From: a phage
Length of the DNA stretch: 64,000 nt
Sequence record: PZ445427.1
Direction: 5' to 3' (one strand)
A program made the position numbers and the translations under genes. Under the pieces are notes generated by a model. The model worked only from the letters and a program-made list of their open reading frames with translations. It made no database searches and had not been told where the DNA came from. Below are positions 27,104 to 35,202 of this stretch, piece after piece (within the stretch, counting starts at the first letter, position 1; each line of letters starts with the position of its first letter).

Positions 27104-27463
27104 TTGCAAATGCAATTATCAAGCAAGGTTCAAGGCTATTTCGGGCATGTAACAATGGAGTTCGCTATCTCTAAAGGTTGGGACTTCGAACAAGATCTAG
27201 CTGAATTCTACAAAGATATTGATCTGAATGTACCGTACATAGGACTCTCTACTGGTCAAGAGATCACAGAAGGCGATGTGTTCAAGGCAAGTCAAGGTGA
27301 GGTAACACCTAGTTTTGCCGAGTTCTGGTTAGGTATTACTTTGAAAGAAGATGCACCGGATGGTGGTGTGGTTATGCAGAGTATGCACTCTGGAAGCTCT
27401 GACTACCTTTTCGTTAGTGACGTTAAGGAAATACAAGAAATCTGCAAAAATGTACTTGCTTGA
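27104..27463 (+). CDS. hypothetical protein (119 aa)
   Basis: AAGGAA RBS. Confidence 0.55.
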   Translation: MQMQLSSKVQGYFGHVTMEFAISKGWDFEQDLAEFYKDIDLNVPYIGLSTGQEITEGDVFKASQGEVTPSFAEFWLGITLKEDAPDGGVVMQSMHSGSSDYLFVSDVKEIQEICKNVLA

Positions 27464-27484
27464 TGCTTAATTTCTTGTTATAAT
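27456..27484 (+). promoter_or_regulatory. T5-type early promoter
   Basis: ttgctt 27456..27461, 17 bp, tataat 27479..27484. Confidence 0.6.
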
Positions 27485-27727
27485 ATTTATATAAATTGAT
27501 GGGGAGAAATCCTCATCAAAGTTCACTAAGGTATTAGCTCGACCTAGGACTGGCTGCCAAAAAGCACGATCCCTACGACTTGGGAGAAGTTCTAGATTAG
27601 TCCACTAGATTCAGTGGCAACTGAATAGTGTATCGGGTTTGTGAAGAGCGGTTATCCTCTACTGGCTAATGTCTGAGGGTAATACGCACACCGAGCTAAT
27701 AGCCTTAGTAAACTAGAAGGAATATCT

Positions 27728-27991
27728 ATGTTTGATCTTAAAGATATGGCTAAGAAACTAATGTCGCAACGTTATCAACAAAGAACCCTCCATAAACGAG
27801 TTTCCGATATGAAGAAACGTTGCAATAATGCTAAGTATTATAATAGTCTTAATAAACTATCTGATGTAGATCTTGCTAAAACTGAAGCAATATATAATCA
27901 CTTAGTAGTAGAATCTGATATAGTGAATAAAGATATTGCTAGGCTAGAAGCTCAGATTGTAGCAACTGTTCTCGATATGTATAGAGAATAA
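27728..27991 (+). CDS. hypothetical protein (87 aa)
   Basis: AGAAGGAA RBS; preceded by about 240-nt ORF-free leader. Confidence 0.5.
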   Translation: MFDLKDMAKKLMSQRYQQRTLHKRVSDMKKRCNNAKYYNSLNKLSDVDLAKTEAIYNHLVVESDIVNKDIARLEAQIVATVLDMYRE

Positions 27992-28000
27992 ATAAATTTT

Positions 28001-28079
28001 GGGGAATGGGTCTGCATGGAGTGGACACCTCGCTTGCACCGAGGACATCAGAACGGTTCGATTCCGTTATTCTCCACCA
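28001..28079 (+). tRNA. tRNA-Ala(TGC)
   Basis: Acceptor ggggaat/attctcc with G3-U70, anticodon stem cctcg/cgagg loop cttgcac, T-arm aacgg-ttcgatt-ccgtt, CCA. Confidence 0.65.
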
Positions 28080-28085
28080 AAATTC

Positions 28086-28161
28086 GGGGTCATAGGTTAT
28101 TTGGTTAAACTTACTGCCTTGCAAGCAGTGGAACTCAGTTCAATTCTGAGTGACTCCACCA
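28086..28161 (+). tRNA. tRNA-Ala(TGC) second copy (divergent sequence)
   Basis: Acceptor ggggtca/tgactcc with G3-U70, anticodon stem actgc/gcagt loop cttgcaa, T-arm ctcag-ttcaatt-ctgag, CCA. Confidence 0.6.
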
Positions 28162-28180
28162 AACAAATTAAGGAAATAAT

Positions 28181-28399
28181 ATGGTATTCTTAGCAGCCTC
28201 TGTAGTTCTTGCAGCTTTAGCACTAGCTATCTATTTTAGAACTATTAAAGATTTAGCTAAAGAAAAGAAAACTTTCTTTACTGATTATTCTTGGGGCGCT
28301 CCATATACCGTCCGCTTTATCAGCTTAGAAGCTATGCTGATAATGGTATTCAGTGGTATAGGTTCCGTTGTTACAGGGTTACTATTTATTTCTAACTAA
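28181..28399 (+). CDS. small membrane protein (72 aa)
   Basis: AAGGAAA RBS; two hydrophobic segments. Confidence 0.5.
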   Translation: MVFLAASVVLAALALAIYFRTIKDLAKEKKTFFTDYSWGAPYTVRFISLEAMLIMVFSGIGSVVTGLLFISN

Positions 28400-28406
28400 A
28401 TAAAAT

Positions 28407-28487
28407 GGGGATGTGGCGAAATTGGCAGACGCGCTAGATTTAGGCTCTAGTCTTCGGGTGTGGGTTCGAGTCCCTCCATCCCTACCA
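28407..28487 (+). tRNA. tRNA-Leu(TAG)
   Basis: Acceptor ggggatg/catccct, anticodon stem ctaga/tctag loop tttaggc, long variable arm, T-loop ttcgagt, CCA. Confidence 0.7.
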
Positions 28488-28661
28488 AACATTGGATTAA
28501 CTCATGATGAAAACTCCTATAACTGATATCTGGTTAGCTGTTAATACATTAACTAAAGAGTATGTGTTTATAGAGTATGGTCAGAGGTATGACCAAAAGA
28601 TGTATAATCTCATACTTCCAGTATCCGCTAATGAAGTTTATGATTTAATCCTGAGATCTAC

Positions 28662-28752
28662 GGAAGAGCAAATCGATTAGGTGACGAAAACCGCTTGGAA
28701 AGTGGCTGACTGGTAAAACGGCTTGAGAGTTCGAATCTCTCTTCTTCCGCCA
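28662..28752 (+). tRNA. tRNA-Ser(GGA)
   Basis: Acceptor ggaagag/ttcttcc, anticodon loop ttggaaa, long variable arm, T-arm gagag-ttcgaat-ctctc, CCA; 91 nt. Confidence 0.55.
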
Positions 28753-28774
28753 AACAACTTACTAGGAAACTAAT

Positions 28775-29131
28775 ATGTCAGAAGTGACAATCTATAATGA
28801 AATGCTTGGCAAAATTTTTACTAGTGTATGCCAAGACCAAGATACTCTTATCTTCATTTGTACTGATGGTAAGAACTATAAGTTTTATCATGAGCAGGAC
28901 TGCTGTGAAGATGTTCATATAGATGATATTATTGGTGATTTACATGACCTTTTAGGTTATCCAATCATAGAAGCAGAGGAAGTAATCACACACGCTACAG
29001 AAGATTGGGATTCAGTAACCCATACATGGTATAAGTTTGCCACAGCTAAAGGCTGTGTAACCGTTAAATGGCATGGTTCTAGTAATGGTTATTACTCTGA
29101 ATCTGTAAACTTTGTAATATACGAACAATAG
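28775..29131 (+). CDS. hypothetical protein (118 aa)
   Basis: AGGAAA RBS. Confidence 0.55.
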   Translation: MSEVTIYNEMLGKIFTSVCQDQDTLIFICTDGKNYKFYHEQDCCEDVHIDDIIGDLHDLLGYPIIEAEEVITHATEDWDSVTHTWYKFATAKGCVTVKWHGSSNGYYSESVNFVIYEQ

Positions 29132-29219
29132 AAGATAGGACGTAGTGGTACGTAACCGGTCTTGAAAACCGGCCCGCTGTAGTGATATGGTGATGGTTCG
29201 ACTCCATTATCTTCTGCCA
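29130..29219 (+). tRNA. tRNA-Ser(TGA)
   Basis: Acceptor agaagat/atcttct perfect, anticodon stem ccggt/accgg loop cttgaaa, long variable arm, T-loop ttcgact, CCA. Confidence 0.75.
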
Positions 29220-29356
29220 AATCTTGAAGTATGCCGGAATCGGTAGACGGGGCTTCCTAAAGGGCGTAAGGGGAACATCCACTCCTCATAAGATACCCGA
29301 AAACGAGGCTGAGATAAATGGTCTATCTCGTGAAGGTTCAAGTCCTTCTGCTTCTT
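29220..29356 (+). other. unresolved tRNA-like structured region
   Basis: Hairpin gagata-aatggtc-tatctc followed by T-arm-like gaagg-ttcaagt-ccttc; no canonical acceptor stem found. Confidence 0.3.
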
Positions 29357-29577
29357 GATATTCAATGGCTCAAAGAGTAACGGTGCACCTTTCTAGAGAA
29401 TTTCCTGGGCGAGAATCCAGGTGTAATCAACTAGTTGTTAGTGTGATGAGTTTCGGAGAGCCGCCACAATTGAAAATTCGTACTCGTCTTGAGCTTCGTG
29501 CAATAGAAGATAACTTGATTAGTATTCTAGAAAATGCTATTTGAGGATGGTTTCGCTAACCCTGCGAGTTTTCAATT

Positions 29578-29654
29578 GTGGCTATATCATAATTGGTTAA
29601 TGATCCTGATTGTGAATCAGGCCTATGTGGATTCGAGTTCCACTAGCCACCCCA
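29578..29654 (+). tRNA. tRNA-His(GTG)
   Basis: Acceptor gtggcta/tagccac, anticodon stem cctga/tcagg loop ttgtgaa, T-arm gtgga-ttcgagt-tccac, CCA. Confidence 0.75.
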
Positions 29655-29660
29655 AATATT

Positions 29661-29735
29661 GCGTCCTTATTTCAACGGAAAGAATGTAAAGCTACGAACT
29701 TTACGATCGGGGTTCGATTCCCTGAGGATGCACCA
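29661..29735 (+). tRNA. tRNA-Arg(ACG)
   Basis: Acceptor gcgtcct/aggatgc, anticodon stem taaag/cttta loop ctacgaa, T-arm cgggg-ttcgatt-ccctg, CCA. Confidence 0.7.
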
Positions 29736-29759
29736 ATTAACTTAAACAGGAAAATAATA

Positions 29760-29960
29760 ATGGCTGATTTCTGTAAAGAATGCTCTATCGATATGTGGGG
29801 CAAAGATACACAAGATCTTTCTGGTCTTATCACTGAAGCCGAGGTTAAAGAGGGCTACGGTGCTGTAGTAATCTGCGAAGGTTGTGGTATTATCCGTGTT
29901 GATCATGAAGGCAAACGCCTTGAAGAACCTGAGCCAATCGCAACGGTTCCTGTAGAGTAA
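29760..29960 (+). CDS. small zinc-ribbon-like protein (66 aa)
   Basis: ATG 29760 after AGGAAAA; CxxC...CxxC; track ORF 29625.. overlaps tRNAs and is rejected as start. Confidence 0.5.
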   Translation: MADFCKECSIDMWGKDTQDLSGLITEAEVKEGYGAVVICEGCGIIRVDHEGKRLEEPEPIATVPVE

Positions 29961-29968
29961 AGAATTAT

Positions 29969-30044
29969 TGGGATGTAGATCAATTGGCAGATCGTCGGCC
30001 TCTGACTCCGAAGGTTCCACGTTCGATCCGTGGCATCCCAGCCA
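29969..30044 (+). tRNA. tRNA-Gln(CTG)
   Basis: U1-A72 acceptor tgggatg/catccca, anticodon loop ctctgac, T-arm ccacg-ttcgatc-cgtgg, 3' end CCCAGCCA. Confidence 0.7.
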
Positions 30045-30050
30045 AACAAT

Positions 30051-30126
30051 TGGAGAGTAGTGTAACGGTTAGCACAACGGCCTTTGACTCCGTTAATGGT
30101 AGGTTCGATTCCTCCTTCTCCAGCCA
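30051..30126 (+). tRNA. tRNA-Gln(TTG)
   Basis: U1-A72 acceptor tggagag/ttctcca, anticodon loop ctttgac, T-loop ttcgatt, CCA. Confidence 0.65.
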
Positions 30127-30132
30127 ATTTAT

Positions 30133-30207
30133 GCGTGATTAGTTCAGTGGCTAGAATAACTGGCTTCCAACCAGTAGACACGAGTTCGACTCTCGTATCC
30201 CGCACCA
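30133..30207 (+). tRNA. tRNA-Gly(TCC)
   Basis: Acceptor gcgtgat/atcccgc (1 mismatch), anticodon stem actgg/ccagt loop cttccaa, T-arm acgag-ttcgact-ctcgt, CCA. Confidence 0.7.
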
Positions 30208-30223
30208 AATATAAGGAAACGTT

Positions 30224-30466
30224 ATGGACGTTTTTGAGTTTCGTAATAAAAGCCCCAATAGGCGCGTTTTGATTATTGGTGAAACATATCGAGCTTATGA
30301 GCAAGAAGATGGTTCGGTTTTACTAAACGATGAAAAGCAAGGTTATAGCTTTTATCCAGAAGAAACGTATGAAGAATTTCGTACCAAGTTTCTCTTACCA
30401 GACTGGCTAGCAGTAGCCGAGCAACGAGAATCCGAAGATGGCAGAAAACCTAAAATTAAAGGTTGA
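30224..30466 (+). CDS. hypothetical protein (80 aa)
   Basis: AAGGAAA RBS. Confidence 0.55.
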   Translation: MDVFEFRNKSPNRRVLIIGETYRAYEQEDGSVLLNDEKQGYSFYPEETYEEFRTKFLLPDWLAVAEQRESEDGRKPKIKG

Positions 30467-30612
30467 CAAACAAAAGAAATACGTTGAGGTTGAATTAGGC
30501 GAAGAACGCTTAAAGCTATCCTTCGAGTTTCTTCAGCAGTTGGCGATGACAGTAATGTCTGATAAGTCTCCTGTATTTGAGAAAGAAATCCCGTTGAAAT
30601 GACGGGTTTATT

Positions 30613-30687
30613 GCTCCTAAAGCATTGCTGGCGATGCAGTTGCCTTGTAAGCATCTGAACCGGGTTCGATTCCTGGTGGGAGCACCA
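30613..30687 (+). tRNA. tRNA-Thr(TGT)
   Basis: Acceptor gctccta/tgggagc, D stem gcat/atgc, anticodon loop cttgtaa, T-arm ccggg-ttcgatt-cctgg, CCA. Confidence 0.7.
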
Positions 30688-30702
30688 AATTTAAAAATTC
30701 AT

Positions 30703-30731
30703 TTGCCTTCTCTCTTATTTCTTGTTATAAT
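30703..30731 (+). promoter_or_regulatory. T5-type early promoter
   Basis: ttgcct 30703..30708, 17 bp, tataat 30726..30731. Confidence 0.55.
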
Positions 30732-30761
30732 ATTTATATAAATTAATGAGAGGGAAACCAA

Positions 30762-31055
30762 ATGAAACGTTATCTTTCTGTCGTATTCCAAACGGGTGGT
30801 CAACGCTACACTTACGAATTTCCTGAGTCTTGGAAAATCAAAGAGGGTGATCAAGTTGTTGTGTTAACACCTCGTGAAGGCTTCAAAGTAGTAACGGTTA
30901 AACAAGTATTTCCAAAAGATCACGAACCATCTAAGTCTCTTAACTATAAGATGATTCATGGTCTGGTACGAAAAGTACCTAGAACAGAAGTCGAAGTAGA
31001 TAAAACTGGAGAAGCTAAATACCAGTATACCTCTTACTTAGACGAAATGATGTAA
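30762..31055 (+). CDS. hypothetical protein (97 aa)
   Basis: GAGAGGGAAA RBS. Confidence 0.55.
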   Translation: MKRYLSVVFQTGGQRYTYEFPESWKIKEGDQVVVLTPREGFKVVTVKQVFPKDHEPSKSLNYKMIHGLVRKVPRTEVEVDKTGEAKYQYTSYLDEMM

Positions 31056-31056
31056 T

Positions 31057-31132
31057 GCTCCGATAGTTCAAACGGTTAGAACAGGCGACCGATAATCGTC
31101 AAATCTTGGTTCGATCCCAAGTCGGAGTACCA
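31057..31132 (+). tRNA. tRNA-Ile(GAT)
   Basis: Acceptor gctccga/tcggagt, anticodon stem ggcga/tcgtc loop ccgataa, T-arm cttgg-ttcgatc-ccaag, CCA. Confidence 0.6.
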
Positions 31133-31138
31133 AATTAT

Positions 31139-31211
31139 AGTTAGTTGGCAGAGTGGTTATGCACCTCCTTCATACGGAGTGACTACAGTGGTTCAAATCC
31201 ACTACTAACTA
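31139..31211 (+). tRNA. tRNA-Met/Ile(CAT), CCA not encoded
   Basis: Acceptor agttagt/actaact perfect, anticodon loop ttcatac, T-arm agtgg-ttcaaat-ccact. Confidence 0.6.
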
Positions 31212-31583
31212 CTAAACAGAGGATCAGGTCATTGTACCAGATCCTGCTGAGAAGAGAGTCCACATTCTATAAATGGCCGGGCGTGACAGCAGGAAGTAGA
31301 CTGCAACTCCATGCTATCCAGGAGTATAAATGTAGAAGCTAGGACTTTAGATAGCCATTGTCTTAGCGTGAGCAATCACGTAGTTGCAACAGACCTGGAA
31401 GATCGCAACGTTAAAATCAAAGTTCCAGTGCTTATTTATCTAATCGAGACCATCAATCTCACCGGAATGCTAGCACCCCAACAGTAGCTAGTGATTAGAT
31501 AATAAGCAAGCCTGCCTTCCAGTTTTTATCTTGCTTCTGGGTTAACAAAAAGCTGAGCCAAATTCTAACATCAGGGAGATCTA

Positions 31584-31952
31584 ATGAAAGCATATCAAAG
31601 TCTTAAGTCTGGCGTAATTAACATTGTTCATAACAATCAGATCATTCAACTATATTCTAAAGATGGTGAACTTAAACAGAAAGTTCTAGTCGAAGATCTA
31701 GAAGGTATCACACCTCACTTTGACCCTGAGGCCTTTCGCATTGTAGATGTGGAAGTGGTTCCTCAAGTCGAGGGTGGTCAGCACCTAAATGTCAATGTGT
31801 TAAGCCGTGATCAGCTTTTGGATGCACAGAAACATCCTGAAAAATATCCTCAGTTGACCATCCGTGTCTCTGGCTATGCTGTTCGATTTAACGCATTGAC
31901 GCGTGAACAACAGAACGACGTTATTAGTCGTACATTTACTCAGGCGATATAA
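31584..31952 (+). CDS. grcA: autonomous glycyl radical cofactor (GrcA/YfiD-like)
   Basis: 122 aa; [11 protein letters not shown] and [32 protein letters not shown] closely match the GrcA / pyruvate formate-lyase C-terminal glycyl-radical domain. Confidence 0.8.
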   Translation: MKAYQSLKSGVINIVHNNQIIQLYSKDGELKQKVLVEDLEGITPHFDPEAFRIVDVEVVPQVEGGQHLNVNVLSRDQLLDAQKHPEKYPQLTIRVSGYAVRFNALTREQQNDVISRTFTQAI

Positions 31953-32033
31953 TGGGGTTTGGATACGATTTCTCCCAGCTACGCAAGGTAGTCGAGCAAA
32001 CTCCATTTATCTCCCAAGTTTTAGGAGAAATGT

Positions 32034-32333
32034 GTGGATCGAGCATTAAGACGCCATCACCGGCAACGTGTGAAAAACAACCGAAAGAAGTATTGGACAG
32101 TATTCCCTCATGAAGAAAGTCCTAAGCGGTTAGGCATTATTACTACCACGCCTTGCATCTGTTCTTGTTGGATGTGTGGGAATCCTCGCAAATACTATAA
32201 GAATAGTAAAGCAGGTATGAAAATCTCGGAGATTAAAAAGATGGATGCAATGATTATGGGCACCACCTTTACAGGTGGTATCTCTGATGAATTCGACGGT
32301 TTTGTAACTCAAGATATTGTTGAAATTATCTAA
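32034..32333 (+). CDS. hypothetical protein (start uncertain)
   Basis: Track ORF; overlaps an alternative 53-aa ORF at 31952..32113; no clear RBS. Confidence 0.3.
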   Translation: MDRALRRHHRQRVKNNRKKYWTVFPHEESPKRLGIITTTPCICSCWMCGNPRKYYKNSKAGMKISEIKKMDAMIMGTTFTGGISDEFDGFVTQDIVEII

Positions 32334-32342
32334 TTAATAATA

Positions 32343-32378
32343 AACCCCAGCTATTGAATAAGTAGTCTGGGGTTTTCT
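32343..32378 (+). terminator. rho-independent terminator
   Basis: aaccccag ... ctggggtt hairpin then TTTCTT. Confidence 0.6.
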
Positions 32379-32397
32379 TGTATGTAGGATTTTCGAA

Positions 32398-32583
32398 ATG
32401 AAAATTTTTAAAGTGAACTATAGAGGCCTGTGGTTAGGTGGTACAGCTATTGTTGTTGCGGAAACTGCGGAAGAAGCAATCGAACTGGCTAGAAACCATA
32501 GAAGTTCTATAGAGTTCGAAGATGCGAGGGTAGAAGAACTCCCAAGCAGTGGGGTAGTATACAACGACAACGGAGATTACTAA
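32398..32583 (+). CDS. hypothetical protein (61 aa)
   Basis: Track ORF, weak RBS. Confidence 0.4.
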   Translation: MKIFKVNYRGLWLGGTAIVVAETAEEAIELARNHRSSIEFEDARVEELPSSGVVYNDNGDY

Positions 32584-32641
32584 TGTTATATTTTGAAGTT
32601 CGTCCACATTAAGTTAATTCAAAAGACTTAATGGAGGTAAT

Positions 32642-32989
32642 ATGAGCCGTACTTATCGTAAACAATCTGGTGATCAGTGGTGGAAATCAAAAGCTAAGTA
32701 TACTCAGGAGTACACTCTCCTCAAAGGTAGTGGCTACTGGATTCGAGTTACTTACGCTAAATCCTGGGATGAAGTAGAGCAGGAAATGAAGGAAGCAACT
32801 ATCCGCAACGAGAAAAAGGATGGTTACAACTGGGATTCTGTTAGCAAGAATGTTAAGTGGCATTCTAACAAAATGGTTCGTCAAGGGAATCGTCAAGAAC
32901 TCCACCGTGTAATGAGAGATCCAGAAAATTACGACTATAATCGCGACCATGACATGCGTAAGCGTGGTTTATGGTGGTGCTACGACTAA
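32642..32989 (+). CDS. hypothetical protein (115 aa)
   Basis: GGAGG RBS. Confidence 0.55.
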   Translation: MSRTYRKQSGDQWWKSKAKYTQEYTLLKGSGYWIRVTYAKSWDEVEQEMKEATIRNEKKDGYNWDSVSKNVKWHSNKMVRQGNRQELHRVMRDPENYDYNRDHDMRKRGLWWCYD

Positions 32990-32995
32990 GGAAAT

Positions 32996-33493
32996 ATGGA
33001 AACCTGGAAAGACATAACAGGTTTTGAGGGTAAATACCAGATATCTAATAAGGGGAATGTCTCTAGTTATTTATCTGGTAAAATTCTCAAACCCCAAGTA
33101 AATAGACAAGGGTATCTTGTCATCAACCTATATTATGAAGTAGGTAAAGCTAGAAAATTTAGGATACACAGACTTGTAGCTGAGCACTTTATACCTAATC
33201 CAGATAATAAACCCTTCGTTAATCATCTGGATGGTGATAAGTCAAATAATGACGAGGATAACCTAGAATGGAGCACCTCGGAAGAGAATAATAGACATGC
33301 CCGTGAAAATGGTTTAGCTAATTGGGCGAAAGGGGAACAGCATGGTAGGTGTAAACTATCTGATGCAGATATCTTTTGGATAAGAAGTCATTATCAGCCA
33401 AGAAACCGAGAATTTGGTCAAGCTGCTTTAGCTAGGATGTTCGGTGTAAGTCAACCTCACATATCGTATATAATTAACGGGCATAAAAGGTAA
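32996..33493 (+). CDS. HNH homing endonuclease (NUMOD4 + HNH)
   Basis: GFEGKYQISNKGNV NUMOD4 motif and HRLVAEHFIPNP...NHLDGDKSNN...NLEW HNH motif; C-terminal HTH-like tail. Confidence 0.85.
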   Translation: METWKDITGFEGKYQISNKGNVSSYLSGKILKPQVNRQGYLVINLYYEVGKARKFRIHRLVAEHFIPNPDNKPFVNHLDGDKSNNDEDNLEWSTSEENNRHARENGLANWAKGEQHGRCKLSDADIFWIRSHYQPRNREFGQAALARMFGVSQPHISYIINGHKR

Positions 33494-33509
33494 AAATGAA
33501 ATAATTCAT

Positions 33510-33538
33510 TTGCTAAAGAACCTCTTTATTGATATAAT
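33510..33538 (+). promoter_or_regulatory. T5-type early promoter
   Basis: ttgcta 33510..33515, 17 bp, tataat 33533..33538. Confidence 0.6.
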
Positions 33539-33569
33539 ATTTATATAAATTGATAGAGAGGGCTTTGAA

Positions 33570-33851
33570 ATGAAAACTCGCCTAGACTGTGCTGTTCATG
33601 TACTTGAGCATGATATTGTTGGGACTTGTATGTCTTATCATGAAGCAGGTAAAATGATTGTTAAACGTGTTGCTGATGTTTGTAGTTTGAAAATCACCGA
33701 AGATGAAGCAGACGAACTGCTTGGACAGGCAATAGAGAAAACAGAAATTTTCTTGTGCGATTCTTGTTCTTGGTGGTGTGAAGCTCACGAACATTCTTTC
33801 AATGATTATGATGTATGCCGTGACTGTAAAGAGGACGATGAAGATGAATAA
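33570..33851 (+). CDS. Cys-rich acidic protein (93 aa)
   Basis: AGAGAGGG RBS. Confidence 0.55.
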   Translation: MKTRLDCAVHVLEHDIVGTCMSYHEAGKMIVKRVADVCSLKITEDEADELLGQAIEKTEIFLCDSCSWWCEAHEHSFNDYDVCRDCKEDDEDE

Positions 33852-34143
33852 GTTTATTATTGCTCTGGTAATTTCAGCAGTCAGTTTCGGTTCTCTGGCA
33901 TCTACCAAAGTTTCTATGAAAAATGGTAATGTTAAAGTTCAGCAGAATGGCATTACCACCGAATATGGTAAAGTACGTGATGTAAAAGAACGTAATGGCA
34001 AAGTAGAAATATATACTAATAAAAACTTCTCTACTCCGGCTGTTACTGTTAGTAAACGTGGTGAAATCACTACTCAACGTACTAATAGTTCTGATTCTTT
34101 TACTTGCCGTTATGACTGCGGCTTTGAAGGTGAAGATGAGTAA
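33844..34143 (+). CDS. secreted protein with signal peptide (99 aa)
   Basis: ATG 33844 gives MNKFIIALVISAVSFGSLA signal peptide; track start 33778 rejected. Confidence 0.5.
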   Translation: MNKFIIALVISAVSFGSLASTKVSMKNGNVKVQQNGITTEYGKVRDVKERNGKVEIYTNKNFSTPAVTVSKRGEITTQRTNSSDSFTCRYDCGFEGEDE

Positions 34144-34555
34144 TTTAGACCCTAGAATTAAACATGCAGTTGAAGAAATCCAAGATCAAATCGATGAGGA
34201 TTTCACTGTTTGGTCAAGATTTGGTAATGGTGAAGGTTGTCAGCTTTATAGCATGAAAATGGGTATCTCGATTGAACTTAGTATCAATCCCGAGGGTAAC
34301 GTAGAAGCCCAACCCATGTTCAGTGTTCCAGGCTTCTCTGGATTTGTTATGGGCATGAAACTATGTCTACCAAATAAACATCTTTACCGTGTTATCTGTC
34401 AGCTAGAAACAATTAAACATTTCTTGCCAGAAGATAACATTAATGACTACTATCATGAAGTTGTAGCAGCTTACATGATGAAAGAACGCAAACGTCGGAG
34501 AGCAGAACGTGAAAGAGCTAAATCTCAACAGTCTAGTACAGATTCCAGCAACTGA
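34136..34555 (+). CDS. hypothetical protein (139 aa)
   Basis: ATG 34136 (MSNLDPRIKHAVEE); track start 34058 is upstream in overlap. Confidence 0.5.
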   Translation: MSNLDPRIKHAVEEIQDQIDEDFTVWSRFGNGEGCQLYSMKMGISIELSINPEGNVEAQPMFSVPGFSGFVMGMKLCLPNKHLYRVICQLETIKHFLPEDNINDYYHEVVAAYMMKERKRRRAERERAKSQQSSTDSSN

Positions 34556-34805
34556 TGCTGTACTAGACTTCCTCAAGCAGGAACATATTAAGTTCTGGAC
34601 TAACTATGCAGAACAGTACGAAGAAACTTCTAGTGCAATAACATTCGCGGATAAACGAATAGCTGAGTATACAGATCCTAGAGTTAAAAATGGTATGATT
34701 ACCTTACCACTTTGGGATGTAATGGAAAAGTTTGGTAAAGATTTGTGCCCAGGTTGTATACCATTGTTTGTTACTATTCTAATTGACGAAAAGGATCTTA
34801 AATGA
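34509..34805 (+). CDS. hypothetical protein (GTG start, uncertain)
   Basis: Track ORF begins with GTG overlapping previous gene by 47 nt. Confidence 0.3.
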   Translation: MKELNLNSLVQIPATDAVLDFLKQEHIKFWTNYAEQYEETSSAITFADKRIAEYTDPRVKNGMITLPLWDVMEKFGKDLCPGCIPLFVTILIDEKDLK

Positions 34806-35086
34806 TTATCTCTCCATTTGCTTTGTGGTTTGTTATTGGTGCAGTTGTCGCGATTTACAGTCTGATTGATGATCTGTATATCTCTAAAAATAAAGATGTT
34901 ATTCTTTATGTTATAAACAAATATCGTCCGCCAGAATTAGCAGAATTTGACGATGAAAAGATGTTCAAATTCATTATGTCAGGTATGCTTATTATGGACA
35001 CCTTGTTCGGGCCAGTAGCTACTTATTTCTTCTTCCGTAAAACTCGTAAGATGAAAAAGTTCCGTGCTGAAATGCAGAGCAAGTAA
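34802..35086 (+). CDS. membrane protein (94 aa)
   Basis: ATGA overlap start; two hydrophobic segments. Confidence 0.5.
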   Translation: MIISPFALWFVIGAVVAIYSLIDDLYISKNKDVILYVINKYRPPELAEFDDEKMFKFIMSGMLIMDTLFGPVATYFFFRKTRKMKKFRAEMQSK

Positions 35087-35202
35087 AGAACTCGCGTAGG
35101 ACCGAGTTGCGTCACCTGCAACTGTTACGGATAAGGGAGTCGTGCCCCTTAGTGCGGTAAGTGGTGAGTTGGTCGCTGACCTCAACTTTAACTGGAGATA
35201 TC

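Noticed and set aside
25407-30654. Track ORFs overlapping tRNA genes (for example 25407..25595, 25504..25707, 26041..26235, 26361..26573, 27939..28193, 29079..29282, 29742..30304, 30352..30654, 31145..31342)
   Set aside because: Their sequence is accounted for by tRNA genes (translations contain GFEP/RFEP-type tRNA T-arm artefacts); no RBS.
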